IMG/VR virus record: IMGVR_UViG_3300012017_000779
Span: 1-64,000 of that record
DNA length: 64,000 bases
Direction: 5' to 3' (one strand)
From: a virus
The notes under the pieces are model-generated. The model had not been told where the DNA came from and searched no databases. It saw nothing but the letters and a program-made list of their open reading frames with translations. How positions within the stretch are numbered: position 1 is the first letter of the stretch; every line of letters begins with the position of its first letter. The position numbers and the translations under genes were made by a program. Shown piece after piece: positions 54,301-63,590 of this stretch.

Positions 54301-56867
54301 GATGCAGCTGCATTAACAGTAGAATTAATTGTATCAGGAGAAGCTACACCAAGAGATGTTAAATTTAAAAGACCACCTGGAGAAAGAAAATATAAAGGCA
54401 TACCAGGAATAAGAGGAGGTATACCAGTATTATATGGAACATTTACAGCTGTAGCATAAGCACCTGCACCTGCAGCATTAGGTATTTCAACAAGAGAACC
54501 ACTACCTAATGCTAAAGGAAGTATATATGTTCCACCATTAAGAGTAGGTTTACCTGTCTTTTTTTTAGTTTTTCCAATATTTGATAGTATAGCTTCAATT
54601 ATTCCACCTACAATCATAATTGTTACTGCTGTATCACTTAATAACTTAAACTGTGGATGATCACTTGGTACAATAAATTGTTGTTGAGAAGTTCCATTTA
54701 ATTGACCATAAAGTTTTAATTCACTAACTGATAAAAAAGGTGTTCTAAACATTGTATCAGGTGAATGAAAAGTCATTATATCTTTTGGCACAGTTTGATT
54801 TATAACAGGATCTCCATTATCTTGTGCACCTAGTGTTCTTGGTATTCTTATATATGGATCATTATAACCAGCCATATGTCCATTTTGAGTACTACTTGAT
54901 GGAATTATAGTATTAAATGGATAATTAGGATATAATCCTTGAGATTTATTTAAAGCTACAGAACCTTTTATTTCAAAAGTTCTAAGATTATTTAACATCC
55001 CTTTTGCAATAATAGATTTACTACCTTCTCTTGAGCCTCTTAGTATTTCATAACCAACTATTCCAGGAATATCATTTCCTTCATTATCTTTTGGATAAGT
55101 AATATTTTCAAAAAAAACTCCCATGAGTCTAATGTGATTATCATTATTTAATGTAGCAGTTGAAGGATTAGCTCTAAAATGATAAGTGTTTAGGTTTAAT
55201 GCATTATCTGGAAATTTATGATGTCTTATATTTTTATTACATAAATCAAATGCTGTAGTTGGTAAATTTGTTAAAGGATCAATTGGAAGAGGAGTCCAAC
55301 ATTGTGAAGTTGAGTTCCAAACATCATCTTTATTATCAGGATATTTTTCATTAGATTGCCAATAACCCATTTTACCTGTAGCAATTACTACACCACCATC
55401 AGGTAGAATAGTACCAGGATTACCTGTTTGTGATGCTGTATTAAATACTTCAAACAAATGATCATCAGTTGTTAAACTATTAATATTTGTTGCAGTAGCA
55501 TTAGATAATATAGTTGTACTTTCTGGTAATCCATTTTGAACAGGATAGTTTTCAGAAATTCTTCCAGGAATATGATATGATGAAGATTTATCTCCTGTAT
55601 CATAAACCCATCTAATAAAAAAACAATATACTTCATCTCTTAAATATGATCCTTTACCTCCTCCTTTAACATAATAATTTCCAGGATATTCAATAGAAGC
55701 CCATTTAGAAGTAATTAAATTTGCTAAAGGTTGATAATTAAAATCAAGTTTTGATGTTGGACCAACTCTTAACAAATAATTATTTACTTCTGATATCTGA
55801 TCTGATTTTTCAAATATAGGAGTTTGTATTGGTAAAAAAGATACAGGAACTGTAATTAAATCTTCTCTAATTTGATCTAACTCAACTACATTAGTATTAG
55901 TAGAATAAAAACCAATTTGTTTAGCTACAGTACCTTGATTAATATTTTGTACAACAACTAAAATAAATTCATCAAAATTTTCAGAATCTGCATTTATTGA
56001 AATTCTAATAGCTCCTTGTAAATCATCAGGTGACCATACTGGTTGTGTATTACTTGCAGAAAAATAATCAGTTACTTTTTGACCTTTAATAGCATATGCT
56101 ATACATGCATAATATGTTCCGTTTCTTAATGTACCTCCAGAACTTCCTAAAGTTACATTAATACAAGGTGTAGTCATAAATCTTGCTATTCTGATTTTAC
56201 TACAATCTAATACATTTGTATTAGTACAAATTTCACAATCATTAACTATTGGACAATCTTGAATCCATTGTACTCCTGGCCATAGTATAGGAGTATTTAC
56301 ACCATTACTATAATAGTTTACATTTACTGGTGCTGAAGAATTACCAAAATATGTATATGATGGTGGTATCCAAGTTTGAGGATCTCCAACATTTAAAAAT
56401 CTATCTGGATTTAAACCATCTGCAAAATATACTTGCCATGTACAATCTTCTTTTTCTCTTGATACACCTGATATTAAAAATCTTTTATCAAAACTTAAAC
56501 AAGCATCTTGTACAATTGGTTGATATATACATCTATTTTCTTGTAATAAACCAATTTCAGACATAATAGGTCTACCTTGATTATCATGACCTGCAGTAAA
56601 AATTATCCATTTATCAGAAAATAAATAAATACAACCTATAATGTATTTATCAGTAACTGCTGTTTGCATAGTTGCACCTGTTACAGCACATAAAAAATTT
56701 GATGCTTCATTTGATAATGTACCTAAGTCACCTTCAGAAGTATTATTAACAGCATTACGGGCATGTGTCCACATACCATCATTTACAAATGTAGGATCTG
56801 AATCTTTATTTAATCCTTTAGTAAATGTATGTGTTATATTTTGTCCTGAATTATCTGATTCTGCCAT
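51330..56867 (-). CDS. Tail muzzle / stabilization protein (P22 gp10-like in crAss annotation)
   Basis: 1845 aa; N-terminal FTKGLNKD...W.HARN beta-propeller start, WTVSYD...WVSFHDWHP; position after the ring proteins. Confidence 0.75.
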   Translation of the reverse strand: MAESDNSGQNITHTFTKGLNKDSDPTFVNDGMWTHARNAVNNTSEGDLGTLSNEASNFLCAVTGATMQTAVTDKYIIGCIYLFSDKWIIFTAGHDNQGRPIMSEIGLLQENRCIYQPIVQDACLSFDKRFLISGVSREKEDCTWQVYFADGLNPDRFLNVGDPQTWIPPSYTYFGNSSAPVNVNYYSNGVNTPILWPGVQWIQDCPIVNDCEICTNTNVLDCSKIRIARFMTTPCINVTLGSSGGTLRNGTYYACIAYAIKGQKVTDYFSASNTQPVWSPDDLQGAIRISINADSENFDEFILVVVQNINQGTVAKQIGFYSTNTNVVELDQIREDLITVPVSFLPIQTPIFEKSDQISEVNNYLLRVGPTSKLDFNYQPLANLITSKWASIEYPGNYYVKGGGKGSYLRDEVYCFFIRWVYDTGDKSSSYHIPGRISENYPVQNGLPESTTILSNATATNINSLTTDDHLFEVFNTASQTGNPGTILPDGGVVIATGKMGYWQSNEKYPDNKDDVWNSTSQCWTPLPIDPLTNLPTTAFDLCNKNIRHHKFPDNALNLNTYHFRANPSTATLNNDNHIRLMGVFFENITYPKDNEGNDIPGIVGYEILRGSREGSKSIIAKGMLNNLRTFEIKGSVALNKSQGLYPNYPFNTIIPSSSTQNGHMAGYNDPYIRIPRTLGAQDNGDPVINQTVPKDIMTFHSPDTMFRTPFLSVSELKLYGQLNGTSQQQFIVPSDHPQFKLLSDTAVTIMIVGGIIEAILSNIGKTKKKTGKPTLNGGTYILPLALGSGSLVEIPNAAGAGAYATAVNVPYNTGIPPLIPGMPLYFLSPGGLLNLTSLGVASPDTINSTVNAAASIVPGAQTVSIEYENELGDRQSLGKLLSGAFNAVGKLTYYFSRGADAAKKLLLAVIRYKQYALQGISYGFYGNFIPEPSANIFRYSIEDAFYIRDNIQDVPLYQNSSGVYKSYSINNLKRSDTVVLRTETGRAVTDGPDFINISPIPPLPSLPTALTGADNSLVTLGTLLQSTSSSGLPSFSNIDTPFNRTIASHYAGIKVRIRNQYGQLEGIKQIPITPCEQKMTFNVQPTAANPTPENNFVTVNAGRDCPTIFNPTTGNSNLSWFRLGQTPIFFGGDTFINRYTEKNTFFYFYDWLWQQPDGYEFNYTLYNMIPNARFFINSIEYDPSVLVSNLTDLRNLFNSNPPGTGPWPRDYYQLDWRGYNYIVDDEGNYGSTRDISVPDANFYIFNSSVKDFFVESDVLVDFRQQGILEGEKHYDPYRYTDTVRMFNIDPAIITRGNEYRYDYSLSISKAFTQYFSQGTLQSRYYNPKVSQLCYTYYPDRIYYSLQQQDESFKDSWFIYLANNYKEFKSQVSGVKSVNKSGILITFKNDSPLMFQGTDQLQTDLGTKLTIGDGGLFSQPGQSVTNADKSYEYGSSQNRLSVISTPIGIFYIAQNQGKVFTYGQGLQEISSAGLKWWFNLFLPYKLTEDFPDYPYQDNPVAGIGCQSMYDSENSMLYFSKKDYRLREVTDPIPRAPGTVAYIPLITYGKDNGKGDYFTLNGQGRYLLGDPFLFEDASWTVSYDPKTQVWVSFHDWHPSLTMGTKNNFLTTGDLGKQNTIWKHNFICNNFCNFYDTPYPFEIEFPHITGQTVTTIRSFEYILECYKRSSINCVDQFKILDYNFDKVVVFNNEQVSGYLNLNIFPKNNVTLSLTYPKLNTTNFASYDILFSKEESKYKFNQFWDITADRGEFPVGSGYPPLGPLVPGTTVLSGNYIERNIWITDASGYKKILTPTNLNYAKPPLQRKKFRSYLNFLNLTKNAAPVGVVNDVNMIIKVFDAKIQVSPR

Positions 56868-56869
56868 TT

Positions 56870-57925
56870 TTATATAACTCTAGTGTTTCTAAAACTTCTT
56901 GGATGTTCATTATTTGGTCTATGACTTGTAAACATATCATAATATTTACTATGCATAGCTCTTCTATTTGTCCACCAAATTTCTTCAAGTTCACTAAAGT
57001 TTGGAGTATTAACTAAACTAAGTGCTTGATTTCTAGCAGCTTTTAATCTACCTTCTATTATCTGCATTCTTTGTGCAACATCTTCACCATTCATTAATAA
57101 GTTTTCAAGAATTCTTGCTTTAAATGCATATTCATAATATTCATTTATAAGATCATGATCAGGAACTAATAAGTTTCCATTATCATCTTCCATAGCTCCT
57201 TGATAATTTAAATAAACTTTACATGTGTCTAGTGTAGTAAATAAAAAACCACCTTTTATCCAACCTTCATCTAAAGTATTTACATATAAATTTGGACAGT
57301 CACAAGAAATTTCTTGACTAGTTTTCATTCTTAATGGAAGAAGTGTACTATAGGTTCTTGTTTGTCCAGTATTTACTATTTGAATAAGTTCAGATTTTTC
57401 TCCTTTACAGTTCATAAAAACTCTTGGCCTTATACAAGTATCTCCATAAGGATTAAGTGGATCATATGAGCTAGGAATAGTTGGTGTGGGACATTCTGCA
57501 GCACAAGAATTAGTAGGACATGCTGCAGTATGATTACATGGATTAGAATTACATGTAGAACAGTTAATTGTAATAGGTGCACATACATTTACATTAGCTG
57601 GAGTTTCAACATAAGGTACTTCTTGTATATTAGTTCCACCAACCATTCCATTGTATCCTATACTTTCAGTAAATTCACCACATAGTAATGCATAATTAAA
57701 TACATAAAAGTCATCTGGTAATTTTACTCTACCATGACATACTTCTAATACAACTTCTTTAGTTTGATTAATTCTTAAACCTAAATCATAGTTTAATTTT
57801 TTAGCTAACTTGATAAGCTGTTGAGGCTCTATCATGTTTTCTAATGCTAAAGTATTAAAGTCTATTGATACATCTTCTAAAACTGAGTCAAAAGTTCTGT
57901 ACCGTAGTGTATAATTAAAGTCCAT
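56870..57925 (-). CDS. Tail ring / tubular protein with Cys-rich insertion
   Basis: 351 aa; KLPDDF...LNYQG...DDNGNLLVPD motif; crAss synteny IHF-ring-ring-muzzle. Confidence 0.65.
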   Translation of the reverse strand: MDFNYTLRYRTFDSVLEDVSIDFNTLALENMIEPQQLIKLAKKLNYDLGLRINQTKEVVLEVCHGRVKLPDDFYVFNYALLCGEFTESIGYNGMVGGTNIQEVPYVETPANVNVCAPITINCSTCNSNPCNHTAACPTNSCAAECPTPTIPSSYDPLNPYGDTCIRPRVFMNCKGEKSELIQIVNTGQTRTYSTLLPLRMKTSQEISCDCPNLYVNTLDEGWIKGGFLFTTLDTCKVYLNYQGAMEDDNGNLLVPDHDLINEYYEYAFKARILENLLMNGEDVAQRMQIIEGRLKAARNQALSLVNTPNFSELEEIWWTNRRAMHSKYYDMFTSHRPNNEHPRSFRNTRVI

Positions 57926-58587
57926 TATCTAAGTGTATTTTGACTATCATCAGGTCCATCTGTTGGAATTGACATAGTCATAGTTAATTCTTTTATTACA
58001 AATTGTTCTACTTCAGAAAATAAATATTCTGGTAATGAGAAAGGTTCATCTTGTCTTACTGTACATTCTTTTGTATCACATGTTTCAATAGTTCCTTCAA
58101 AGATTGCTTCCATTCTTATTGCTTCCCAATCTACATTAGGACAATATATGTAGCCATCTAAATACCAAAAATAAAAGTTTCTATTATATTTCCAAGTTGT
58201 AGTTTTAGTCATAGAAACCCAGGTACCTGGATCTGTTCTAAACATTTCTATACTACCATCTATTGAAGATGTGGTACGTATAATAGGTCCTGCCATTCCA
58301 TTTAATATTCCTGGAATCTTTTCTTTTGATCTTTTAAAATAACAACCTGAATATACTCCAAGACAACCAGCTTCTACTTTATCTACATCTATTAATTCTA
58401 TATAAGGAAGAACTCTAAATAAAGAACTAATTTTCATTAGTCTAAATTGATTGTCTTCTCTTTTAATTAATGTTTGTGAATATTTTAATAAAGATGAATA
58501 TATTATTCTATCAGTTAAAAAAGCATCTTCTTTAACAGCTTTTAATGTATTTCTTACTCTTGATATTGTTTCACCAATTGTTGTCAT
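57925..58587 (-). CDS. Tail ring structural protein
   Basis: 220 aa; YFWYLDGYIY...EAIFE motif; crAss tail-gene synteny. Confidence 0.6.
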   Translation of the reverse strand: MTTIGETISRVRNTLKAVKEDAFLTDRIIYSSLLKYSQTLIKREDNQFRLMKISSLFRVLPYIELIDVDKVEAGCLGVYSGCYFKRSKEKIPGILNGMAGPIIRTTSSIDGSIEMFRTDPGTWVSMTKTTTWKYNRNFYFWYLDGYIYCPNVDWEAIRMEAIFEGTIETCDTKECTVRQDEPFSLPEYLFSEVEQFVIKELTMTMSIPTDGPDDSQNTLR

Positions 58588-59165
58588 AAGTTAGAGTCAT
58601 TATATTGTTTTAATGCTAATTCAGCTTCTTTATTTTTTCTATCTCTATATACAGCTTTACTGTATGTTAAGTTTAATTTTTTTGTAGCATCTACTACAAT
58701 ATACATATTCCAGTTTTCTGGATAAGTTTTAGCTACACTTCTTTTAAAATTTCTACATGCAGTAAATCCCCAAAACTCTCTATTCTTTATTTTATGTTTA
58801 GGAGCATGATTAGTAAAAAATATTTTTGCTAACTTACCATCAGTCTCCCAATTATTATTTGATACTGATACTCCGTACTTTAAAGATTTAGCATAGTTTA
58901 CATTTTGTTTTTTACTTTGTTGGCATGTTCCTATAAATAACCAACCTATTGATTCAGGTAATTGAACACCATCTCTTACATCAATTACTTTATTGTATAC
59001 AGCATAATTAAATTTTTTTATAATGTTTTTTAAATCAGAATTATCTAAGTCTTTATATTTACTATACTTTTTTTTAAAACTTTCAAAAAATTCTTTATTC
59101 AAAACATTATATACAGCTGGTCTAAATCTTGGAGCTGTAACATCTGGTTTTTTAAATTCTCTCAT
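58584..59165 (-). CDS. IHF/HU-like DNA-binding protein
   Basis: Basic 193 aa with GVQLPESIGWLFI (HU-like VxLxxxGxF turn); in the crAss IHF position before the tail genes. Confidence 0.55.
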   Translation of the reverse strand: MREFKKPDVTAPRFRPAVYNVLNKEFFESFKKKYSKYKDLDNSDLKNIIKKFNYAVYNKVIDVRDGVQLPESIGWLFIGTCQQSKKQNVNYAKSLKYGVSVSNNNWETDGKLAKIFFTNHAPKHKIKNREFWGFTACRNFKRSVAKTYPENWNMYIVVDATKKLNLTYSKAVYRDRKNKEAELALKQYNDSNL

Positions 59166-59167
59166 AC

Positions 59168-59205
59168 TATATATTTAATATACTAAAAATTACTGACATG
59201 AACAA
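59168..59205 (-). promoter_or_regulatory. Putative promoter, near-leaderless
   Basis: - strand TTGTTC-N17-TATATT, 11 nt upstream of the ATG; shares a 20-nt exact match with 46098-46117. Confidence 0.6.
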
Positions 59206-59220
59206 ATGTAAAGATACTAT

Positions 59221-59256
59221 AAAAAAACAAAACCCCCACAAGTGCGGGGGTATTGT
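59221..59256 (-). terminator. Intrinsic terminator
   Basis: - strand ACCCCCGC-ACTT-GTGGGGGT followed by TTTGTTTTTTT. Confidence 0.8.
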
Positions 59257-59304
59257 CTTGTTGCCACAGTAACCAACAAACTGTAACTTCTTATAAAATT
59301 TTTA

Positions 59305-60960
59305 TTATCCTACTCTTCTAATAGCCCACTCTATATTATCACCAAGAGTACGTTGTTCAGTATAAGCCACACCTGTTAAATTTTGTATTTTTAATACTAT
59401 TTGAGTTCCTACAGATATAGGTACACCTTGCATACCACCTGTCATATAAATTTTATCATAATAAAATTCTTTTACAGCAGTAAAAGTATCAGCACAATAA
59501 ATAATTGCTGCACCTGTTATATCTGTTATACCAATAGTAAAAGTTCCTCCTACTTGACCCCACCCATATGTATTTGCAGGTGAACTTAAATATACATTAT
59601 AATTAAGATCATATTTGCCTGTTTGAGGACATGTCCAAACTCCAGTAATTTGATTATATTGTGAAGTAACATTTACTCCATTTTCTATTTCATATTGTAT
59701 AACACCATTAGTAGTATCAAATACTACAGTAGTACCTAAAGAAATATTTGAATTAGGTTTATTAAAAGTTAAACTAGGAAAACTATCAGGGCTAATATAA
59801 CCTCTAAAAGCTGTACCAAATAAACCTGCAGTAGTTTGAATAACATTTCCAAGTGCATCTGTAGATAAACTCCATGCAGCAGTACCTATAAAATTATTAG
59901 GAGTACCATAATTATTTAATTGTAATTGTCCAGTACTTTTTAAAGTTAGTTGATCTTGAAGTGTATTATTAGCAGATACTTTACTTTGAATAATAAATTT
60001 AGATGAAGTAGCAGTTACATTTGTATTAACAACTGTTTTAGATACTAATCTATTTGTTACAACAGGTTCTGTTAATGAAGATGGATTTCCAAATTCAATA
60101 GACACCCCAGATCCTGCTGTAGTATTACCTTTATTTTCAACACGTATTGCACATGCATTAGCATTTCCTGCTGAAGTAATAGATGTAGGTTGAATTAATA
60201 ATGTTGGAATAGTTGTTGCTGGAATACTTGAATTTTCTACATTAGAATTTGATATTAATCCTAAAGCTTGAGTTCCTGATCCTGCAGTATTAGTAGATGT
60301 AATTTGTACAACAGGTGTATTTAAACCAGAAACATTAGACTTTGCTAATATAGCTTGAGAATTTGTTACTGTATTATTAACTACTAATGTTGCACCAACA
60401 GAACCAGATTTATCTAATGTTAATGTAGGTACTGCACTACTATTTATCTTTAAAGCAAATCCATTATTAGTAATAGTTGTATCTTGAACTAAAGGACCTC
60501 CAAGTTGAATATTATTTACAGTTTTTGTTAATCCATTGTTTGCTGTTACTGGTGTTAAACTTACAATTGCATCACAAAAATATAATACTATTTGTTGTAA
60601 AGCTGAATTAACACCAGAACCAGCTGTTACGACTACATCTTCACTACATAATATTTCTGGCACATCACTATATGTAGTACAAAAATATTCAACTAAATCT
60701 TCTAATAAGTCTGTCCATGTAGAATCTGATGTTATAACAACATCTCCATTACACTCAATGTCTGGACCATTGTATATAATACAATCTGAACTTAATACTT
60801 CTTGACAAGGTATAGGATCCGGACATCCTGCAGGAGTTGGACATGGAGGAGGACTAGTTAAAAAACTATCCTTACATCCACATTTTGCACATTTGTTATT
60901 ACAACTACTGTAGTTATGATTACAACTTGTACAAGTACTATTAGTGTTATTACAGCTCAT
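59305..60960 (-). CDS. Cys-rich structural/fibre protein with C1q-like C-terminal domain
   Basis: Cys-rich N-terminus with SDCIIYNGPDI; ANNGLT..LGG linker; TGVWTCPQTGKY.L...VYL C1q/BclA-like end. Confidence 0.6.
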   Translation of the reverse strand: MSCNNTNSTCTSCNHNYSSCNNKCAKCGCKDSFLTSPPPCPTPAGCPDPIPCQEVLSSDCIIYNGPDIECNGDVVITSDSTWTDLLEDLVEYFCTTYSDVPEILCSEDVVVTAGSGVNSALQQIVLYFCDAIVSLTPVTANNGLTKTVNNIQLGGPLVQDTTITNNGFALKINSSAVPTLTLDKSGSVGATLVVNNTVTNSQAILAKSNVSGLNTPVVQITSTNTAGSGTQALGLISNSNVENSSIPATTIPTLLIQPTSITSAGNANACAIRVENKGNTTAGSGVSIEFGNPSSLTEPVVTNRLVSKTVVNTNVTATSSKFIIQSKVSANNTLQDQLTLKSTGQLQLNNYGTPNNFIGTAAWSLSTDALGNVIQTTAGLFGTAFRGYISPDSFPSLTFNKPNSNISLGTTVVFDTTNGVIQYEIENGVNVTSQYNQITGVWTCPQTGKYDLNYNVYLSSPANTYGWGQVGGTFTIGITDITGAAIIYCADTFTAVKEFYYDKIYMTGGMQGVPISVGTQIVLKIQNLTGVAYTEQRTLGDNIEWAIRRVG

Positions 60961-60972
60961 TATATTTTATTT

Positions 60973-63531
60973 TTATAAATCTCTAAGTTTTACAATACCA
61001 ACTCTTATAGCATCTGCACTATTATAACCTCCACCAGCATAATTTGTTCCTGACAAATTTAATACTCTAAAAATTACTTCATCTCCAACATCTAATAGTA
61101 CTGTACATTGTGCATTAAGTATTATATTACTATCCATACTTGCAACAATACTTTTTGAACTACCTGTAAATATATTTCTTGAATTAGTACCTCCACTACA
61201 TATACCTATATCAAAACGTCCATCTGTTCCAGATGTTTTCCAATAAGTATTACTATTGTCATCTGCTTTTAAATAACAAGACATAGTTAATAAGTATTCT
61301 CCTTTTTTAGTTATTTCAAATATTCCAGTAGTATTATCAACAGTTACAAATGTAGAAGTTGGAACAGTTGATGCTGGAGTTGAATTACCAACATACTCAG
61401 TTCCTCCTCCATAAGTAGCACTATTAATATTTACAACAGTTCCATTTGAATCCATATAAGTATAATTTAATACATCTTGAACTCTATTTGATACTGAATA
61501 ATTATTTCCCCCAAAAGCTACTGTTTTACCGGGAGCATTTGCTACAGTATTTATTGTAGCTGTTGCAGTATTAGAACTATAAGCACCTCCAATAGTAACC
61601 TGTGCATTATAATAATCTAATCCTTTACTGTTAACAGCATAAGTAGTAGTAGTTCCTACAGTATTAGATGTAACATTTATATTTGTTCCACCCTCAACTA
61701 CTGATAAACTTCCTGGAGGAACTTCTACAGAAAGACATCCTTCAGAAGTTACACTTAAGTCTAAAGAACAAGATGTTATTTGTCTTAATACTAAAGACTG
61801 TGTAATAGGATCCCATGACTCAATTAAAGATTCTGAACTACAATTGGCTGAACCTCCACTTAATACAGAATTTAAATCATTTTCAAATTCTACAGTTGTA
61901 AATGTAAGCAATCCTGTTCCAGAATCTACTGCTTTATTAAGTATTGATCCCCATCCATAATTCCATAAACCTTGATTTGCAGCTATATAGGGATTAGATC
62001 CAGCTCCAGTAGGTGTTACACTTCCAAAAATTGGAATAGTATAATTTGCTCCAAATGCTCCACTTAAACCACCTAATGTAATATCTGTATTATTTGTAGC
62101 TGCATAAGCATGAAGTAAAAAATTTTGTTCAAGAACAGTACCATTATATGCTGGATATACAACAGCATTAAAACTAGTCCAATATGTAGTATAATCTGTT
62201 ACAAATGTATTGTAGTTACTAGTATATGTAGAAGTTGGTTGAGCAGGACTAAATAAAGAAGCAGGAGAAGCAGCACCATGATAGTCAGCTTCAGATTCAT
62301 TTACAAATGCTACAAATAATATTGCAGTAGGTCCAGCCCATCCAGGTCCATAACTTGGAGGAACTACAGCTCCTATTGTAGTACCATCTAAAGGATTTAA
62401 CCAAGTAAAAGCTGCAGCTGAAGTACCTGTTTTAATTATATTAGGGTGGTTTAAATAATTTTCAGTATACGATTCATAAATATAAATTTGACCAGTATAA
62501 CTTGGATTTGCTGCAGTATAATTTACCCACCACTGATAAAGTGCTGAACATACTATTTGTTTATTTTGTGCAGCAGTTGGACCAGATCCACTATATGGGC
62601 CAGAAGTAGTATCTATATAACCATAAACATCAGCATCATTTGAAATACCAAGTGCACAATCAGTTTCAGTAATTGTTAAACCAATTTGATTATCTAAATA
62701 ATTATAAATATCACAAAGTACTACCCAAACATTACTTAAAGAAGCTGCAAGATTATTTTCTGTAGTTTGCCAATATGAATTCCAATTTGGATTTGCAGAA
62801 TATGTAGTACCTGTAGATAATTGTATATCTGTATTTAAAATACATTGTGATAATACAGCATCAATTAAAGATGCTGGTAATGCAGTTGCATCTAATAAAG
62901 CACAATATCCATAATCATCATCATTAATAAGAATACTTAATAATTGATCCATAGGAACTGCTGGAGAACCCGTGCCTCCAATTTGCGGACTATTTTGTAA
63001 TATACAATCACTAGCAACAGTTGGTAAAGTAAATGTTGGTGGAGGAGTATTTTCTAATATTGTAACTCTTATATCTAATTCATTAAGTGTATTATTAATT
63101 ATAGCAATTTGATCTAAAATATTACAAATTTTTAATCCTATTGCTGTTACATAATCTATTAATGTCATTACAGTAACTCCATTAACTATAAAACAAGGTG
63201 CTACAGTTATTAATACATCATCAGATTTACCAGTTGTATCTGCACCTGTTAAAGACAATCCTTGTAATAAACAAATCTGTTCTATTAAAAATTGTAACAG
63301 TTCTTGATAAGTTTCTGGTTTACAACCAACTAAATTAAAACAAGAAAGATCATAATTTGTAATAGATAACTGATCCATTACTGTTGCTAATTCAGTTGCA
63401 AGACTTGCTATAACATCTGAAATAGTATCTCCTGTACATAATTTAATAATATGTAAATCAGGTCCTTGCCAAATAACACAGTTAGATGATATTGGACTAC
63501 ATGGTGAGTTATCGTAATTTAATGGTTTCAT
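60973..63531 (-). CDS. Cys-rich structural/fibre protein, paralogue of 59305-60960
   Basis: SNCVIWQGPDL N-terminus; TGIFEITKKGEYLL...YL C1q-like end. Confidence 0.6.
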   Translation of the reverse strand: MKPLNYDNSPCSPISSNCVIWQGPDLHIIKLCTGDTISDVIASLATELATVMDQLSITNYDLSCFNLVGCKPETYQELLQFLIEQICLLQGLSLTGADTTGKSDDVLITVAPCFIVNGVTVMTLIDYVTAIGLKICNILDQIAIINNTLNELDIRVTILENTPPPTFTLPTVASDCILQNSPQIGGTGSPAVPMDQLLSILINDDDYGYCALLDATALPASLIDAVLSQCILNTDIQLSTGTTYSANPNWNSYWQTTENNLAASLSNVWVVLCDIYNYLDNQIGLTITETDCALGISNDADVYGYIDTTSGPYSGSGPTAAQNKQIVCSALYQWWVNYTAANPSYTGQIYIYESYTENYLNHPNIIKTGTSAAAFTWLNPLDGTTIGAVVPPSYGPGWAGPTAILFVAFVNESEADYHGAASPASLFSPAQPTSTYTSNYNTFVTDYTTYWTSFNAVVYPAYNGTVLEQNFLLHAYAATNNTDITLGGLSGAFGANYTIPIFGSVTPTGAGSNPYIAANQGLWNYGWGSILNKAVDSGTGLLTFTTVEFENDLNSVLSGGSANCSSESLIESWDPITQSLVLRQITSCSLDLSVTSEGCLSVEVPPGSLSVVEGGTNINVTSNTVGTTTTYAVNSKGLDYYNAQVTIGGAYSSNTATATINTVANAPGKTVAFGGNNYSVSNRVQDVLNYTYMDSNGTVVNINSATYGGGTEYVGNSTPASTVPTSTFVTVDNTTGIFEITKKGEYLLTMSCYLKADDNSNTYWKTSGTDGRFDIGICSGGTNSRNIFTGSSKSIVASMDSNIILNAQCTVLLDVGDEVIFRVLNLSGTNYAGGGYNSADAIRVGIVKLRDL

Positions 63532-63542
63532 AAGTTTACTAT

Positions 63543-63577
63543 TAATATAATATACAAAATTTTATTAAGACTTGCAA
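63543..63577 (-). promoter_or_regulatory. Putative promoter
   Basis: - strand TTGCAA-N17-TATATT (63577-63549) upstream of the ATG at 63531. Confidence 0.55.
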
Positions 63578-63590
63578 CTATTGTTTATTA

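Noticed and set aside
8-60805. Short antisense or alternate-frame ORFs in the track (e.g. 1727-1909, 12788-13177, 28833-29279, 31274-31612, 56330-56566)
   Set aside because: They overlap long motif-bearing genes and have Phe/Ile/Ser-rich shadow composition expected from the opposite strand of AT-rich codons.
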